Assembly: GCA_964345045.1 (NCBI GenBank)
Contig: CAYFPM010000001.1
Coordinates: forward strand, 172,215 to 236,214
Length of the DNA stretch: 64,000 bases
Direction: 5' to 3'
From: an uncultured Gammaproteobacteria bacterium
GTDB lineage: Bacteria; Patescibacteriota; Patescibacteriia; Magasanikbacterales; UBA922
The notes beneath the pieces are model-generated. The model was given only the letters and a program-made list of their open reading frames with translations, did not search any database and was not told where the DNA came from. Below are positions 56,098-64,000 of this stretch, piece after piece. The translations under genes and the position numbers were made by a program. Numbering within the stretch: the first letter of the stretch is position 1; every line of letters starts with the position of its first letter.

Positions 56098-59000
56098 TTA
56101 TACTTGTTGTCGGTTCTCAAACCGTACAAAGTAAAAATCTTCTCCGTCCATGTACTTAGGTTTTTTCTCGTTTTTTGTAAGATAAAATCCTCGTGATTCA
56201 AACCAACTTCTTACACTGTCATTCATAAGCATGGCGTATGATGTACTTGCACGGGCTTCCGCTTCTATTGCAACATTGTACGCAGTAGCTACATCAAGAA
56301 CTCTTTCCATCATTTGACGAGCTAAGCCCTTGCCCTGGAATTCTGGGAGAATAGCCATGTCATGAACATGGGCACATTTTTCTCCTGGTTGCACCTCTGA
56401 GTCTTCAGGAAGCATGAGTAGATAGCCTACTGCTTCATTACCTTGTCTAATCACAAAGCTTGAGGCCGCTCCAGGTACATCCAATTCTCTTTGTTTTTGA
56501 ATAATATCGAGAATGTGAGCCTTTCCTTGTGTCATACCCTCTGGGTAGATTTTTGCTTCCAATTCTGCAATAAGTTGTGCATCTCTTTCGGTCAAGTTAG
56601 CAAATGTAACAATTTCATCAAGAGATTCTACACCTCTCATTTTCGGTAGATCATAAATTTGTGCACCGTTTGCGTCAGAATATGAGAGTGGTGTCTTTGA
56701 ACGATAGTTATTTCCTTCAAGTTTTCCGCCTGGAGGAATCAAGTCGGAATAACCAGTACCAACTTTTACTGCTTTACTCGTATACTCTGTCCAAAATACT
56801 TGATATGCACGTGCTAGCTGTGGTGATAATTTCTTATAGTTATTTGCGACTTCGATGTTATCGAGTATAACAACATCTTTACCATCACGCGAATCTACAC
56901 CATCTACCACTACTGATTGAGCTACTATTCGTCCATTATACTTAACCGTAAAATACTGTGTAGACCTATTAAACATGTAATCGTCATTATTTGACGCACC
57001 AAATGGCATACAGCAATCTGTATAGTTACCACAAACCCAACCTTCTGGGTCAGATTTTGCGTGTACTTGTGCCTCAATAATAGGTCCTACATCAACATTT
57101 TGATCACGTAAAAGTTTAATAATTTCTTCCTCAAGTTCAACAGGGATATTATCAAGTAAATCTGTAACTTGCATTTTTCGCCCTTCTTTCCCTACTGTTT
57201 TTCCTTTAACAAGCTGATTTAGTTCGTGGAATAGCTTACGAACAGATTGTGCCGTACCTTCAATTTTCAATTTACGAGAGCCTAGCCCCTCACGTAATGA
57301 TTGTGTCAGATCAAGACCAGCAAATACACGAGTGTGGGGTTTAAATGGTTGTTCTTTATCCATTTTACCTTCGACAAGATCTTGAAAGTCTGCACGTCGT
57401 CGCAAGCTCTCCAATGCAGCGAGATTAAACCCTGGTGCGGTAGTAATTTCGAAAATTTCAGGGGGCAATTCAGAAAGGTCAATGTTAGACTCAATAGCAA
57501 GGATACGCTTCTTTAATTCTCTGATGGATTGCACTGGACCATGTTCAGTCAAAGGATCACGTTCTTTACTATATCGAGGTAAGAGAGCAATAAATTCTTG
57601 GTTATCATCCATTGTTTGGATCCCCGTGAGAATAGATTTTGCTTCCCCAGCTTCCAGCTTTCGAATATTTGGTACCCAAAATAGGACATCATGCCAGTTT
57701 GCAAGCCTGCCTTCTGTATCACGAGTTGCGTTAAAGCGTAGTAGATAGTCTTGCACTGTTGCACCACCAACATACTCAGCCGCTTCTTTATACCAACTAC
57801 GTATTTCTTCCGTTTGAGAGCCAAGACAAATTCTAAAGTCAAGTTCGCTTTTTTGTTGTGGATCTTGTTCAAATACACTAGACCAATTTTTACCTTCAGG
57901 AGTCGCTCGCCATTCAGCATATTTCGCAAGTCCATTAGGATCAAGTTGTACATAGTCGTTTGCATAATCGTAGTACAACTCGATTTCTCCTTGTGTAACT
58001 GATTCTCTCCATTCTTCTGGCCAATCAGCAAGTGCGAATTCTAAATCATTTTCCACTTCACCCTTTATTAAGCCTTCAAGATAGCGTTCTTTATCATGAG
58101 CCAGGGCTACACCACGTAAATCTTGCCCTCTTTCCAGTGCTTGAATAATCAATCCAAGAGTGGCTCCTTTTCCTTTTTTAGCTTCACCTACTTGTGCTCC
58201 ATAACGATCTTGTTCAGCTCCTTGTCCTAACAACACAATAATGAGATTTTTGTGTTTATCAAGATATTCACTTAATTTTTCATCGGGTACATCTGCCTTA
58301 GATAAATCGTAACGGCTCCAGTCAACATACGAATCTTGATGATAAAAACGATCATCTTGACTGTGGTGTGGACTTTTAATAAATACCTGTTGAGCCAGCC
58401 AATACATTCGCTTACCTTCTCGGAATAAATTCCTCGCTTTTCTTTTACTTTCTGAGGCAAGCCAATCTTGCTCACTCATGCGTACTTCTTCTGAATCAGC
58501 CCCTTGTGACCGTTCATGAAGATATCGCCATATATTTGCTCGATTCAATTTATGTGCTTCATGCAATTGTTTTTTTACTCTTGTAGGTTCCCAATCTTGC
58601 AAGTTGTATCCAAGAGCCTGCAAGTATCCAAAACCAGCCATTTGCTCTGAAACATTTCTGTCATCAGCGTCTAGTATTTCAGAGGCACGTTCCGCTCCAA
58701 CATGGCGGATAAAATCATATACCTGATGATCATTGTAAAAATAAGGTGACTGTTCTCCACGACCACATCTATAACGAGCAAATGCTTCAGAAACAACAGG
58801 ATCTGCCTCCGCTGCTTTTTGTGCAAGAACATCACGAACTCCTCCTTTTGCTTGTGATACAAGAGAGTCTATTTCAAAATTACCCCACACAATGGTTGGC
58901 TTTTTGAACAAATCAGAATGAACAAAACGGAGAGTTGTTCCACTCTTTTCTTCGTCAGTGGGTTCACTTAGTAATTTCTCTATCCGTCTATGTCCAGAAC

Positions 59001-60000
59001 GATTAAATTTTTCGTAATCATCGACAGGGTTACTGCCTGTAACCCCATATTTACGTGCAATTCGGTCATATTGAAAATGGAGTTGTGTACTTACTTTTCT
59101 AACGGGGATAGCCTCCATTATTAAGTCTCTATCTTTTGGGTGTTCTTGTAAATGAGCAGAAATTGCCTCAACAACACGTAATGAAATTTCACGTTCCATT
59201 TCTGTGTGTACTCTTTCATATTCAGTACGGTAAGCGTTCCAATCTTGTATATCTGCTTGGTTTGGAAATTCTGTTTCCGCTTGTACTTCTTCTCTAATTT
59301 TTTCAACTAGCGGACGAAACGCATTATCAAGATTTTCTTTCACACGATCAAATTGTCTTCCTACCGTCTGAACAAAAGGAGCAACGTCATTACTTTCGCC
59401 CTCCACCATTCGACCTTCTTCCTCGTCGTATCTTCTCATTCCGAAATCATTTTTACAAAGGTACCTATTTTGTGATTTAAGAAAATATCTATGTGAAACA
59501 GACCCACCGATTCTATCTGCTTCACTTTGAGTATCCATTCGTAAAGAGTGTTTTGCCCACCCAAGAGCTAGTAAGTCGGCGTTTGAAACACCATTGTAAT
59601 CGTTTTCGTATACCCGTCTACCATCAGGATTATACTCGTCCGCTTGGTAAATAGCTGGACGACCATTTTCTTCGCCAATGAAGTAATTCGCACCAAGTAA
59701 CCCTATTTGTTCATTTGTAATTCCTAAACTTCTAATAAGGTGAGCATGTGAAGCTTGGTTTGCTAATAGAACTGGCAAAATTTTATCAAAATTTCTTTCA
59801 ATAAATTCTTTTGCTTCTCTTTCTACATCCTCACGGCGAAGTGGAGACTCTGAAACTTCCACTTCAAAAGATTCCGCTAATTCAGGATGAAGCCCCTCTT
59901 TGCTTTTTGGAGAGGATAGATAATCTATGACACCTTCCTCTATCTCTCTTTGTCCCATTTTTTTTGATAGCGATGGAGGTGTTGAAAAACGTTCACGCAT
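56098..60000 (-). CDS. very large hypothetical protein (1300 aa) with a C-terminal GNAT N-acetyltransferase domain
   Basis: Uninterrupted 3.9-kb ORF. The C-terminal HVHDMAILPEFQGKGLARQMM is a GNAT acetyl-CoA-binding motif. The rest has no recognisable domains. Confidence 0.55.
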   Translation of the reverse strand: MRERFSTPPSLSKKMGQREIEEGVIDYLSSPKSKEGLHPELAESFEVEVSESPLRREDVEREAKEFIERNFDKILPVLLANQASHAHLIRSLGITNEQIGLLGANYFIGEENGRPAIYQADEYNPDGRRVYENDYNGVSNADLLALGWAKHSLRMDTQSEADRIGGSVSHRYFLKSQNRYLCKNDFGMRRYDEEEGRMVEGESNDVAPFVQTVGRQFDRVKENLDNAFRPLVEKIREEVQAETEFPNQADIQDWNAYRTEYERVHTEMEREISLRVVEAISAHLQEHPKDRDLIMEAIPVRKVSTQLHFQYDRIARKYGVTGSNPVDDYEKFNRSGHRRIEKLLSEPTDEEKSGTTLRFVHSDLFKKPTIVWGNFEIDSLVSQAKGGVRDVLAQKAAEADPVVSEAFARYRCGRGEQSPYFYNDHQVYDFIRHVGAERASEILDADDRNVSEQMAGFGYLQALGYNLQDWEPTRVKKQLHEAHKLNRANIWRYLHERSQGADSEEVRMSEQDWLASESKRKARNLFREGKRMYWLAQQVFIKSPHHSQDDRFYHQDSYVDWSRYDLSKADVPDEKLSEYLDKHKNLIIVLLGQGAEQDRYGAQVGEAKKGKGATLGLIIQALERGQDLRGVALAHDKERYLEGLIKGEVENDLEFALADWPEEWRESVTQGEIELYYDYANDYVQLDPNGLAKYAEWRATPEGKNWSSVFEQDPQQKSELDFRICLGSQTEEIRSWYKEAAEYVGGATVQDYLLRFNATRDTEGRLANWHDVLFWVPNIRKLEAGEAKSILTGIQTMDDNQEFIALLPRYSKERDPLTEHGPVQSIRELKKRILAIESNIDLSELPPEIFEITTAPGFNLAALESLRRRADFQDLVEGKMDKEQPFKPHTRVFAGLDLTQSLREGLGSRKLKIEGTAQSVRKLFHELNQLVKGKTVGKEGRKMQVTDLLDNIPVELEEEIIKLLRDQNVDVGPIIEAQVHAKSDPEGWVCGNYTDCCMPFGASNNDDYMFNRSTQYFTVKYNGRIVAQSVVVDGVDSRDGKDVVILDNIEVANNYKKLSPQLARAYQVFWTEYTSKAVKVGTGYSDLIPPGGKLEGNNYRSKTPLSYSDANGAQIYDLPKMRGVESLDEIVTFANLTERDAQLIAELEAKIYPEGMTQGKAHILDIIQKQRELDVPGAASSFVIRQGNEAVGYLLMLPEDSEVQPGEKCAHVHDMAILPEFQGKGLARQMMERVLDVATAYNVAIEAEARASTSYAMLMNDSVRSWFESRGFYLTKNEKKPKYMDGEDFYFVRFENRQQV

Positions 60001-60150
60001 ACAATTTATGTTAGGTAAATAAAAAACACCTCACAATGAGGTGCTGATAACAACATAAAAAACAACAAAACGTTTTGCTGATGTTTTTGCTGTTTTTAAG
60101 TTTTTTTGACTAAACCAAAAAAATTGGTCTGAGTTTTGTAGTATTGGCAT

Positions 60151-60320
60151 ACCCTTGGTCGGATTTATAAATATGCCTTATTTTGCTGGCGTGGAAATGC
60201 TTGTAAACACAAAGCTCCCCGCCAGCGATGACCCCGAAGGATCACCCATACCCCTTTCGGGGTACGACCGACCAAGGTATCTGAGCGGAGAGCTTAATAC
60301 CTTGGTCGGGTTTGTGTGCC
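60151..60320 (+). ncRNA. candidate structured cis-regulatory RNA: three copies of CCTTGGTCGG (direct/inverted/direct) enclosing two internal hairpins
   Basis: P1 CCTTGGTCGG(60153)-CCGACCAAGG(60268). Inside lie GCTGGCG...CGCCAGC and CCCCGAAGG...CCTTTCGGGG hairpins. A third CCTTGGTCGG (60300) can alternatively pair with CCGACCAAGG, which is an antiterminator/terminator-like topology. About 60% GC in an AT-rich spacer. Confidence 0.25.
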
Positions 60321-60530
60321 ATACCCTAAAAGATAAATCCTCTAGGGGTTAGGCTTGAATTGTCGAAATAATATCAAATCATCAAAAAAATTTACAAATG
60401 TGAATTTGATATGTAGCGATCATACTATATTTTTTGTTTTATATCAAGAGAATAATATACGCACTTCTTTTTTATCCACATTCGGACAATTTTGCTATTC
60501 GGTATATTTTCGGGTATACTAAATTTACCT

Positions 60531-61130
60531 ATGCAGATACTTACAAAACGACAAAAGGAAATATTATCCTATATCAAGGAATATATTGAGGATCACGATT
60601 ATGCTCCCTCGTTTGAGGAAATAGCCGAACATTTCGGGCTATCCGCCGTATCCACCATTCATGAACATGTTAGTGCTTTAGTATCTAAAGGGTATCTCGA
60701 ACGATATGATAGAAAGGAGCGTGGACTTTCTTTAGCAACAAAAAGAAAGCCTTACATGGAAATTCCACTTGTCGGCGTTATTGCCTGCGGGGAACCGATT
60801 GAAGCTATTGAAGACAGAGGGCAAGCCGTAAAGGTAGCACGGGACGCCGCGCTGCGTGGCAACCTTTACGCTCTCAAAGCAAAAGGAGATTCAATGATCG
60901 GCGAGGGTATTTTTGACGGAGATACTATTATTGTAAAAAGACAGGAAACGGCGGAAAACGATGATACGGTTGTCGCCATTATCGACGACAACGAAGCGAC
61001 GCTCAAAAAATACTATATGGAAAAAGACAGAATACGCCTGCAACCTGCAAACCCCAATTTTAAACCATTTTATAGAAAAGAAGTCGAGATCAGAGGTGTC
61101 GTGGTAAAGATTATCAGAGACTTGAAATAA
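60531..61130 (+). CDS. lexA: LexA-like repressor (HTH + S24 peptidase)
   Basis: N-terminal winged HTH, Ala-Gly cleavage-site region (VIACGEP), Ser-Lys dyad (KGDSM ... TLKKY). The ORF is annotated from 60492, but the Met at 60531 is the likely start. Confidence 0.7.
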   Translation: MQILTKRQKEILSYIKEYIEDHDYAPSFEEIAEHFGLSAVSTIHEHVSALVSKGYLERYDRKERGLSLATKRKPYMEIPLVGVIACGEPIEAIEDRGQAVKVARDAALRGNLYALKAKGDSMIGEGIFDGDTIIVKRQETAENDDTVVAIIDDNEATLKKYYMEKDRIRLQPANPNFKPFYRKEVEIRGVVVKIIRDLK

Positions 61131-61173
61131 CCGCGCTGTTCTATGCTTTACGTTATTCATACAATAGTGTCTC

Positions 61174-61989
61174 ATGAAACTTTCTCCCGATACAATCAAG
61201 CAAAACATGCTCGAATTTACCCAGCTATTCTCCATCGAGCGAAATGTGTTTCAGCGGTTTGTGATTGTGTACAGGTACATATATTTTTTGAATAGCGATC
61301 CAATTACGAAAGGGATTCTTCAAAAGATATTCGACAGTACGGCGAAAGTTATAGGAACAGACACGGATGAGTGTCTCAATGAAGAAGAATTTCTCGCTGT
61401 CAAAGGCGAGGCTATTTTTTCTCGGCAGTTTTGGATTTACTACACCAATCTTGAACTGATCTACGAGAAGATGAAAAAAGTAAAAAAATGTGAAATTGAC
61501 GATGAAATAGAATTTGAAAACCTCTGTCGGTTGTTTTCTAAACCATACTCAAAAGAAATGCTTGAGCTTTCTTTCAAGGTGGTAAATAGTGAGGTATTTA
61601 CCAGACTCGATAAAGAAGATTTTCTCAATGAGGATAGACTGCACGGAGAGACCCACTTTGACGAACGAAACAGTATCTTGGTGGTGAAAGGTAAAAGAAT
61701 CCAAATCAATAAACTGGGAAAAATAACCAACGCACATAAGATACTTCATCATGTCTTTGTCACTCACAAAAAGAATATAACAGATGACTTTTACTACGCT
61801 GAAATCGCAGAAGATGAATTTGGTGAATTAGAGTATGGAAAGAGGCAGAATAGCTGGCGAACCTATCACAATGCGTGTATGGCTATCAATACAAAGGTTG
61901 AAAAACAAACAAATGGACTTATTGCAGATTTTTTACACTGTACCACGGGCAAAACAGGCAAAGTGAGCATAAATCAACGTTTTTTATAG
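61174..61989 (+). CDS. hypothetical protein
   Basis: 271-aa ORF between the lexA and Fic genes; no motifs recognised. Confidence 0.45.
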   Translation: MKLSPDTIKQNMLEFTQLFSIERNVFQRFVIVYRYIYFLNSDPITKGILQKIFDSTAKVIGTDTDECLNEEEFLAVKGEAIFSRQFWIYYTNLELIYEKMKKVKKCEIDDEIEFENLCRLFSKPYSKEMLELSFKVVNSEVFTRLDKEDFLNEDRLHGETHFDERNSILVVKGKRIQINKLGKITNAHKILHHVFVTHKKNITDDFYYAEIAEDEFGELEYGKRQNSWRTYHNACMAINTKVEKQTNGLIADFLHCTTGKTGKVSINQRFL

Positions 61990-62053
61990 ATACTCGACAA
62001 AGTGAGCTTAATATGGTATAGTGTAGAAAATGACTTAAACCATATTAAAGAAT

Positions 62054-63004
62054 ATGACCTATTTAGACCACAACTTTATAGATCGTCTCGATGAAAAGCT
62101 GGCACGCCTCAATGCACTCCGTCCGCTCCCAAAGTCGGCAGTGGAAAAGCTCCGTGAACAGCTACGCATTGAAATGACCTACAATTCAAATGCGATTGAA
62201 GGCAATTCTCTTACATTACGAGAGACGTTTCTTGTCATTAACGAGGGGCTAACTGTTAAAGGAAAACCACTCAAAGACCACCTCGAAGCCAAGGATCATT
62301 ATAGTGCTCTTGCATATCTGTATGAGCTTATTGAGCATGGAAAGAAAAACACCCTCTCTGAACACCTCATTAAACAGATTCACACCATTATTGTACAAGA
62401 GACAGATAAAGAATGGGCTGGACGATATAGAAATTCAAATGTGATTATCGGCGGTGCGGATCATACACCACCAGACGCACTGGATGTCCCGAACCTTATG
62501 CAGAATCTTATTGCATGGATTTCTAAAGAAAAGAAGCACATGCACGTGGTAGAACTTGCGGCACTTGTGCATCACAAGTTTGTCTATATCCATCCGTTCT
62601 TTGATGGAAATGGTCGAACCTCACGACTACTCATGAACCTTATTCTCATGCAGGCTGGATTTCCGTTGTCTATTGTTCTCAAAAATGACAGAAAGAAATA
62701 TTACCGTGTACTGGCACAGGCTGACAAAGAGAATCTTGAACCGTTTGTGCGTTTCATCGCCCAAACAGTGGAACGCTCTCTCGACATATATTTGAAAACA
62801 CTGACACCGACAAGCAAAAAACGAGAGAAGTTTATCAAGCTGGCAGACATTGCAGAGGATACCCCATATTCAGCGAAGTACCTCAATCTTCTTGCCCGAC
62901 AAGGCAAGCTCGAAGCGCATAAAGAGGGGCGTGATTGGGTAACCACAAAAGAAGCGGTTGAGAGATATATGGACAATCGAGAACGACAACGAGACGTCGA
63001 ATAA
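62054..63004 (+). CDS. Fic family protein (class II, N-terminal inhibitory helix) with a C-terminal wHTH
   Basis: FIC motif HPFFDGNGRTSRLL. Inhibitory (S/T)xxxE(G/N) motif NSNAIEGN. C-terminal DNA-binding-like helix pair. Confidence 0.8.
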   Translation: MTYLDHNFIDRLDEKLARLNALRPLPKSAVEKLREQLRIEMTYNSNAIEGNSLTLRETFLVINEGLTVKGKPLKDHLEAKDHYSALAYLYELIEHGKKNTLSEHLIKQIHTIIVQETDKEWAGRYRNSNVIIGGADHTPPDALDVPNLMQNLIAWISKEKKHMHVVELAALVHHKFVYIHPFFDGNGRTSRLLMNLILMQAGFPLSIVLKNDRKKYYRVLAQADKENLEPFVRFIAQTVERSLDIYLKTLTPTSKKREKFIKLADIAEDTPYSAKYLNLLARQGKLEAHKEGRDWVTTKEAVERYMDNRERQRDVE

Positions 63005-63172
63005 TTCTACAACGTTTAGCCTCAAAAAAGCTCTTATTAAAGGGCTTTTTTGTTTTTCTACAACTTCTTCTACAGAACGTTTGGGAACCCTATTGTTTTA
63101 TGATTCAACCATCGTAAAACCTAAAGGTCGATTTACGAACCAGAAGATTATTCATCAGTAAATATAAACACT

Positions 63173-63433
63173 ATGTTTGTGTTGAAAGGGACTCTGAAAA
63201 AAGAGTCCATCAAAGAATTTACACGCCGAGACGGCACACCAGGGCAAAGTCGGGAGCTATATATAGAACCCGAGGGAAGCCTCTACCCAGTCAAAGTAAG
63301 CGTATCGGATATGGACATGAAAATCGGTAAAGAGGGTGATGTGATCACACTCAATGTCGAGGTCTTTCCGTATACGTTCCAAGACAAGAAACGTAAAAAG
63401 GCATTCTTGGATGTCTACGTCCCTAATAAATAG
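63173..63433 (+). CDS. hypothetical small protein
   Basis: 86-aa ORF. Confidence 0.35.
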   Translation: MFVLKGTLKKESIKEFTRRDGTPGQSRELYIEPEGSLYPVKVSVSDMDMKIGKEGDVITLNVEVFPYTFQDKKRKKAFLDVYVPNK

Positions 63434-63438
63434 CATGT

Positions 63439-63857
63439 ATGGATTTCTTCACCGTAACAACAACGACATTGTCACTTACAGACGACGCACTGGATCTCAT
63501 CAATTTCTTTAGCCAGTTTGCGACCGTCTCTTTTGGCATGGTCTTTGCACTGCTTACGGTGATAATCCTCTTGCTTATCTATAAAACATGAGTATGACAG
63601 GACTACTAAACAATCTCTTTGAGGGATTCGGTCTCAGCCTTGTGTTTCCACTCATTTTATTCATCGTCATAAGCGTGTTTATGACAATAACGGCGGGCAA
63701 GTAGTATGTGTTCCTCAAATATCTTACTCAACAACTCGTGTTACATAGATAATTTCCTAATGATAGGACAGGTCTATGCTCATGCGATTGTCCTCGGTTT
63801 GATCCTCGGAACAGTGGTCGGCGTACTACTGTTATTCATTAAACACATGAAAGGCTA
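63439..63857 (+). CDS. cluster of three tiny single-TM ORFs (63439-63590, 63588-63704, 63759-63857), reported together
   Basis: Each encodes 32-50 aa dominated by one hydrophobic helix. The first two overlap via ATGA. Confidence 0.25.
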
Positions 63858-63862
63858 ACCCT

Positions 63863-64000
63863 ATGACTAACACACTTAGTCGCCTAGCTCAAAGCACAAA
63901 AGCAAAAGTCGCAATGTTTGGACTTGCTCTTGCTGGCGGACTCGCCGCAGGAACCAATGCTTTTGCAGCGGTTGACCCCGATGTCGTTTCCAGTACCGCC
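63863..64000 (+). CDS. 5' end of a secreted/pilin-like protein (partial at the window edge)
   Basis: MTNTLSRLAQSTKAKVAMFGLALAGGLAAGTNAFAA is signal-peptide-like with an Ala-rich cleavage region. Resembles TrbC/VirB2-type or other pilin precursors, but too short to call. Confidence 0.25.
   Translation, partial: MTNTLSRLAQSTKAKVAMFGLALAGGLAAGTNAFAAVDPDVVSSTA

Noticed and set aside
1-64000. CRISPR arrays, tRNA and rRNA genes
   Set aside because: Scanned for regularly spaced direct repeats and for tRNA T-arm signatures (GGTTCGAATCC / GTTCGAGTC-like). The only hits are inside CDSs. No array-like periodicity was seen. The repeats present are dispersed hairpin elements, not CRISPR.

Overview
This window is mostly low-GC (~35-40%) housekeeping genes, interrupted by several foreign-looking segments. 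The housekeeping genes recognised by conserved motifs include recG, radA, a ClpC-type Clp ATPase, PMM/PGM, lemA-htpX, an RseP-like protease, pheS/pheT, dnaE, prs and tsaD. Many small hypothetical and membrane proteins sit between them, which resembles a small streamlined (possibly CPR/Patescibacteria-like) genome; that lineage call is inference only.

Three kinds of unusual content stand out.

(1) Candidate suicidal-defence operon: at 22870-25913 an extremely AT-rich three-gene operon sits directly downstream of lemA-htpX. It encodes an RloC/PrrC-like AAA_13 ABC ATPase (coiled-coil CxxC zinc hook, C-terminal R-x3-E...H anticodon-nuclease-like motif), a PD-(D/E)xK nuclease with a zinc ribbon, and a small two-TM protein.

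(2) GC-rich integrative element: a ~12.6 kb block at about 43320-55900 is ~65% GC. It carries a large serine recombinase at its right edge, an XRE repressor, a DUF87/HerA-FtsK-like ATPase, a CHC2-TOPRIM primase, a SprT-like metallopeptidase and a tyrosine-integrase N-terminal remnant. Its cargo includes a 538-aa fused ABC-ATPase + TOPRIM/DUF4435 protein (OLD / Gabija-GajA / PARIS-like). This looks like an integrative mobile element of high-GC origin that carries a defence gene.

(3) Smaller GC-rich pieces: several mini-cassettes of high-GC3 genes lie in intergenic gaps (3040-4080, 5580-5950, 18870-20700, 22330-22660). One has a textbook TTGACA-17-TATACT promoter and strong terminators. A modular GC-rich hairpin repeat family also occurs in three copies (4093-4169, 20121-20187, 40813-40901).

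The right end (56000-64000) has a third compositional flavour. It holds a 1300-aa protein with a C-terminal GNAT domain, a LexA-like repressor, a class-II Fic protein, tiny TM ORFs and the start of a pilin-like gene, possibly part of another mobile element.

Other items worth a look:
- a 30-bp perfect palindrome at 32862-32891;
- nested palindromes upstream of clpC;
- a structured RNA candidate with mutually exclusive pairings at 60151-60320;
- a probable frameshift at the C-terminus of a Kelch/InlB-repeat surface protein.

No tRNA, rRNA or CRISPR array was found.
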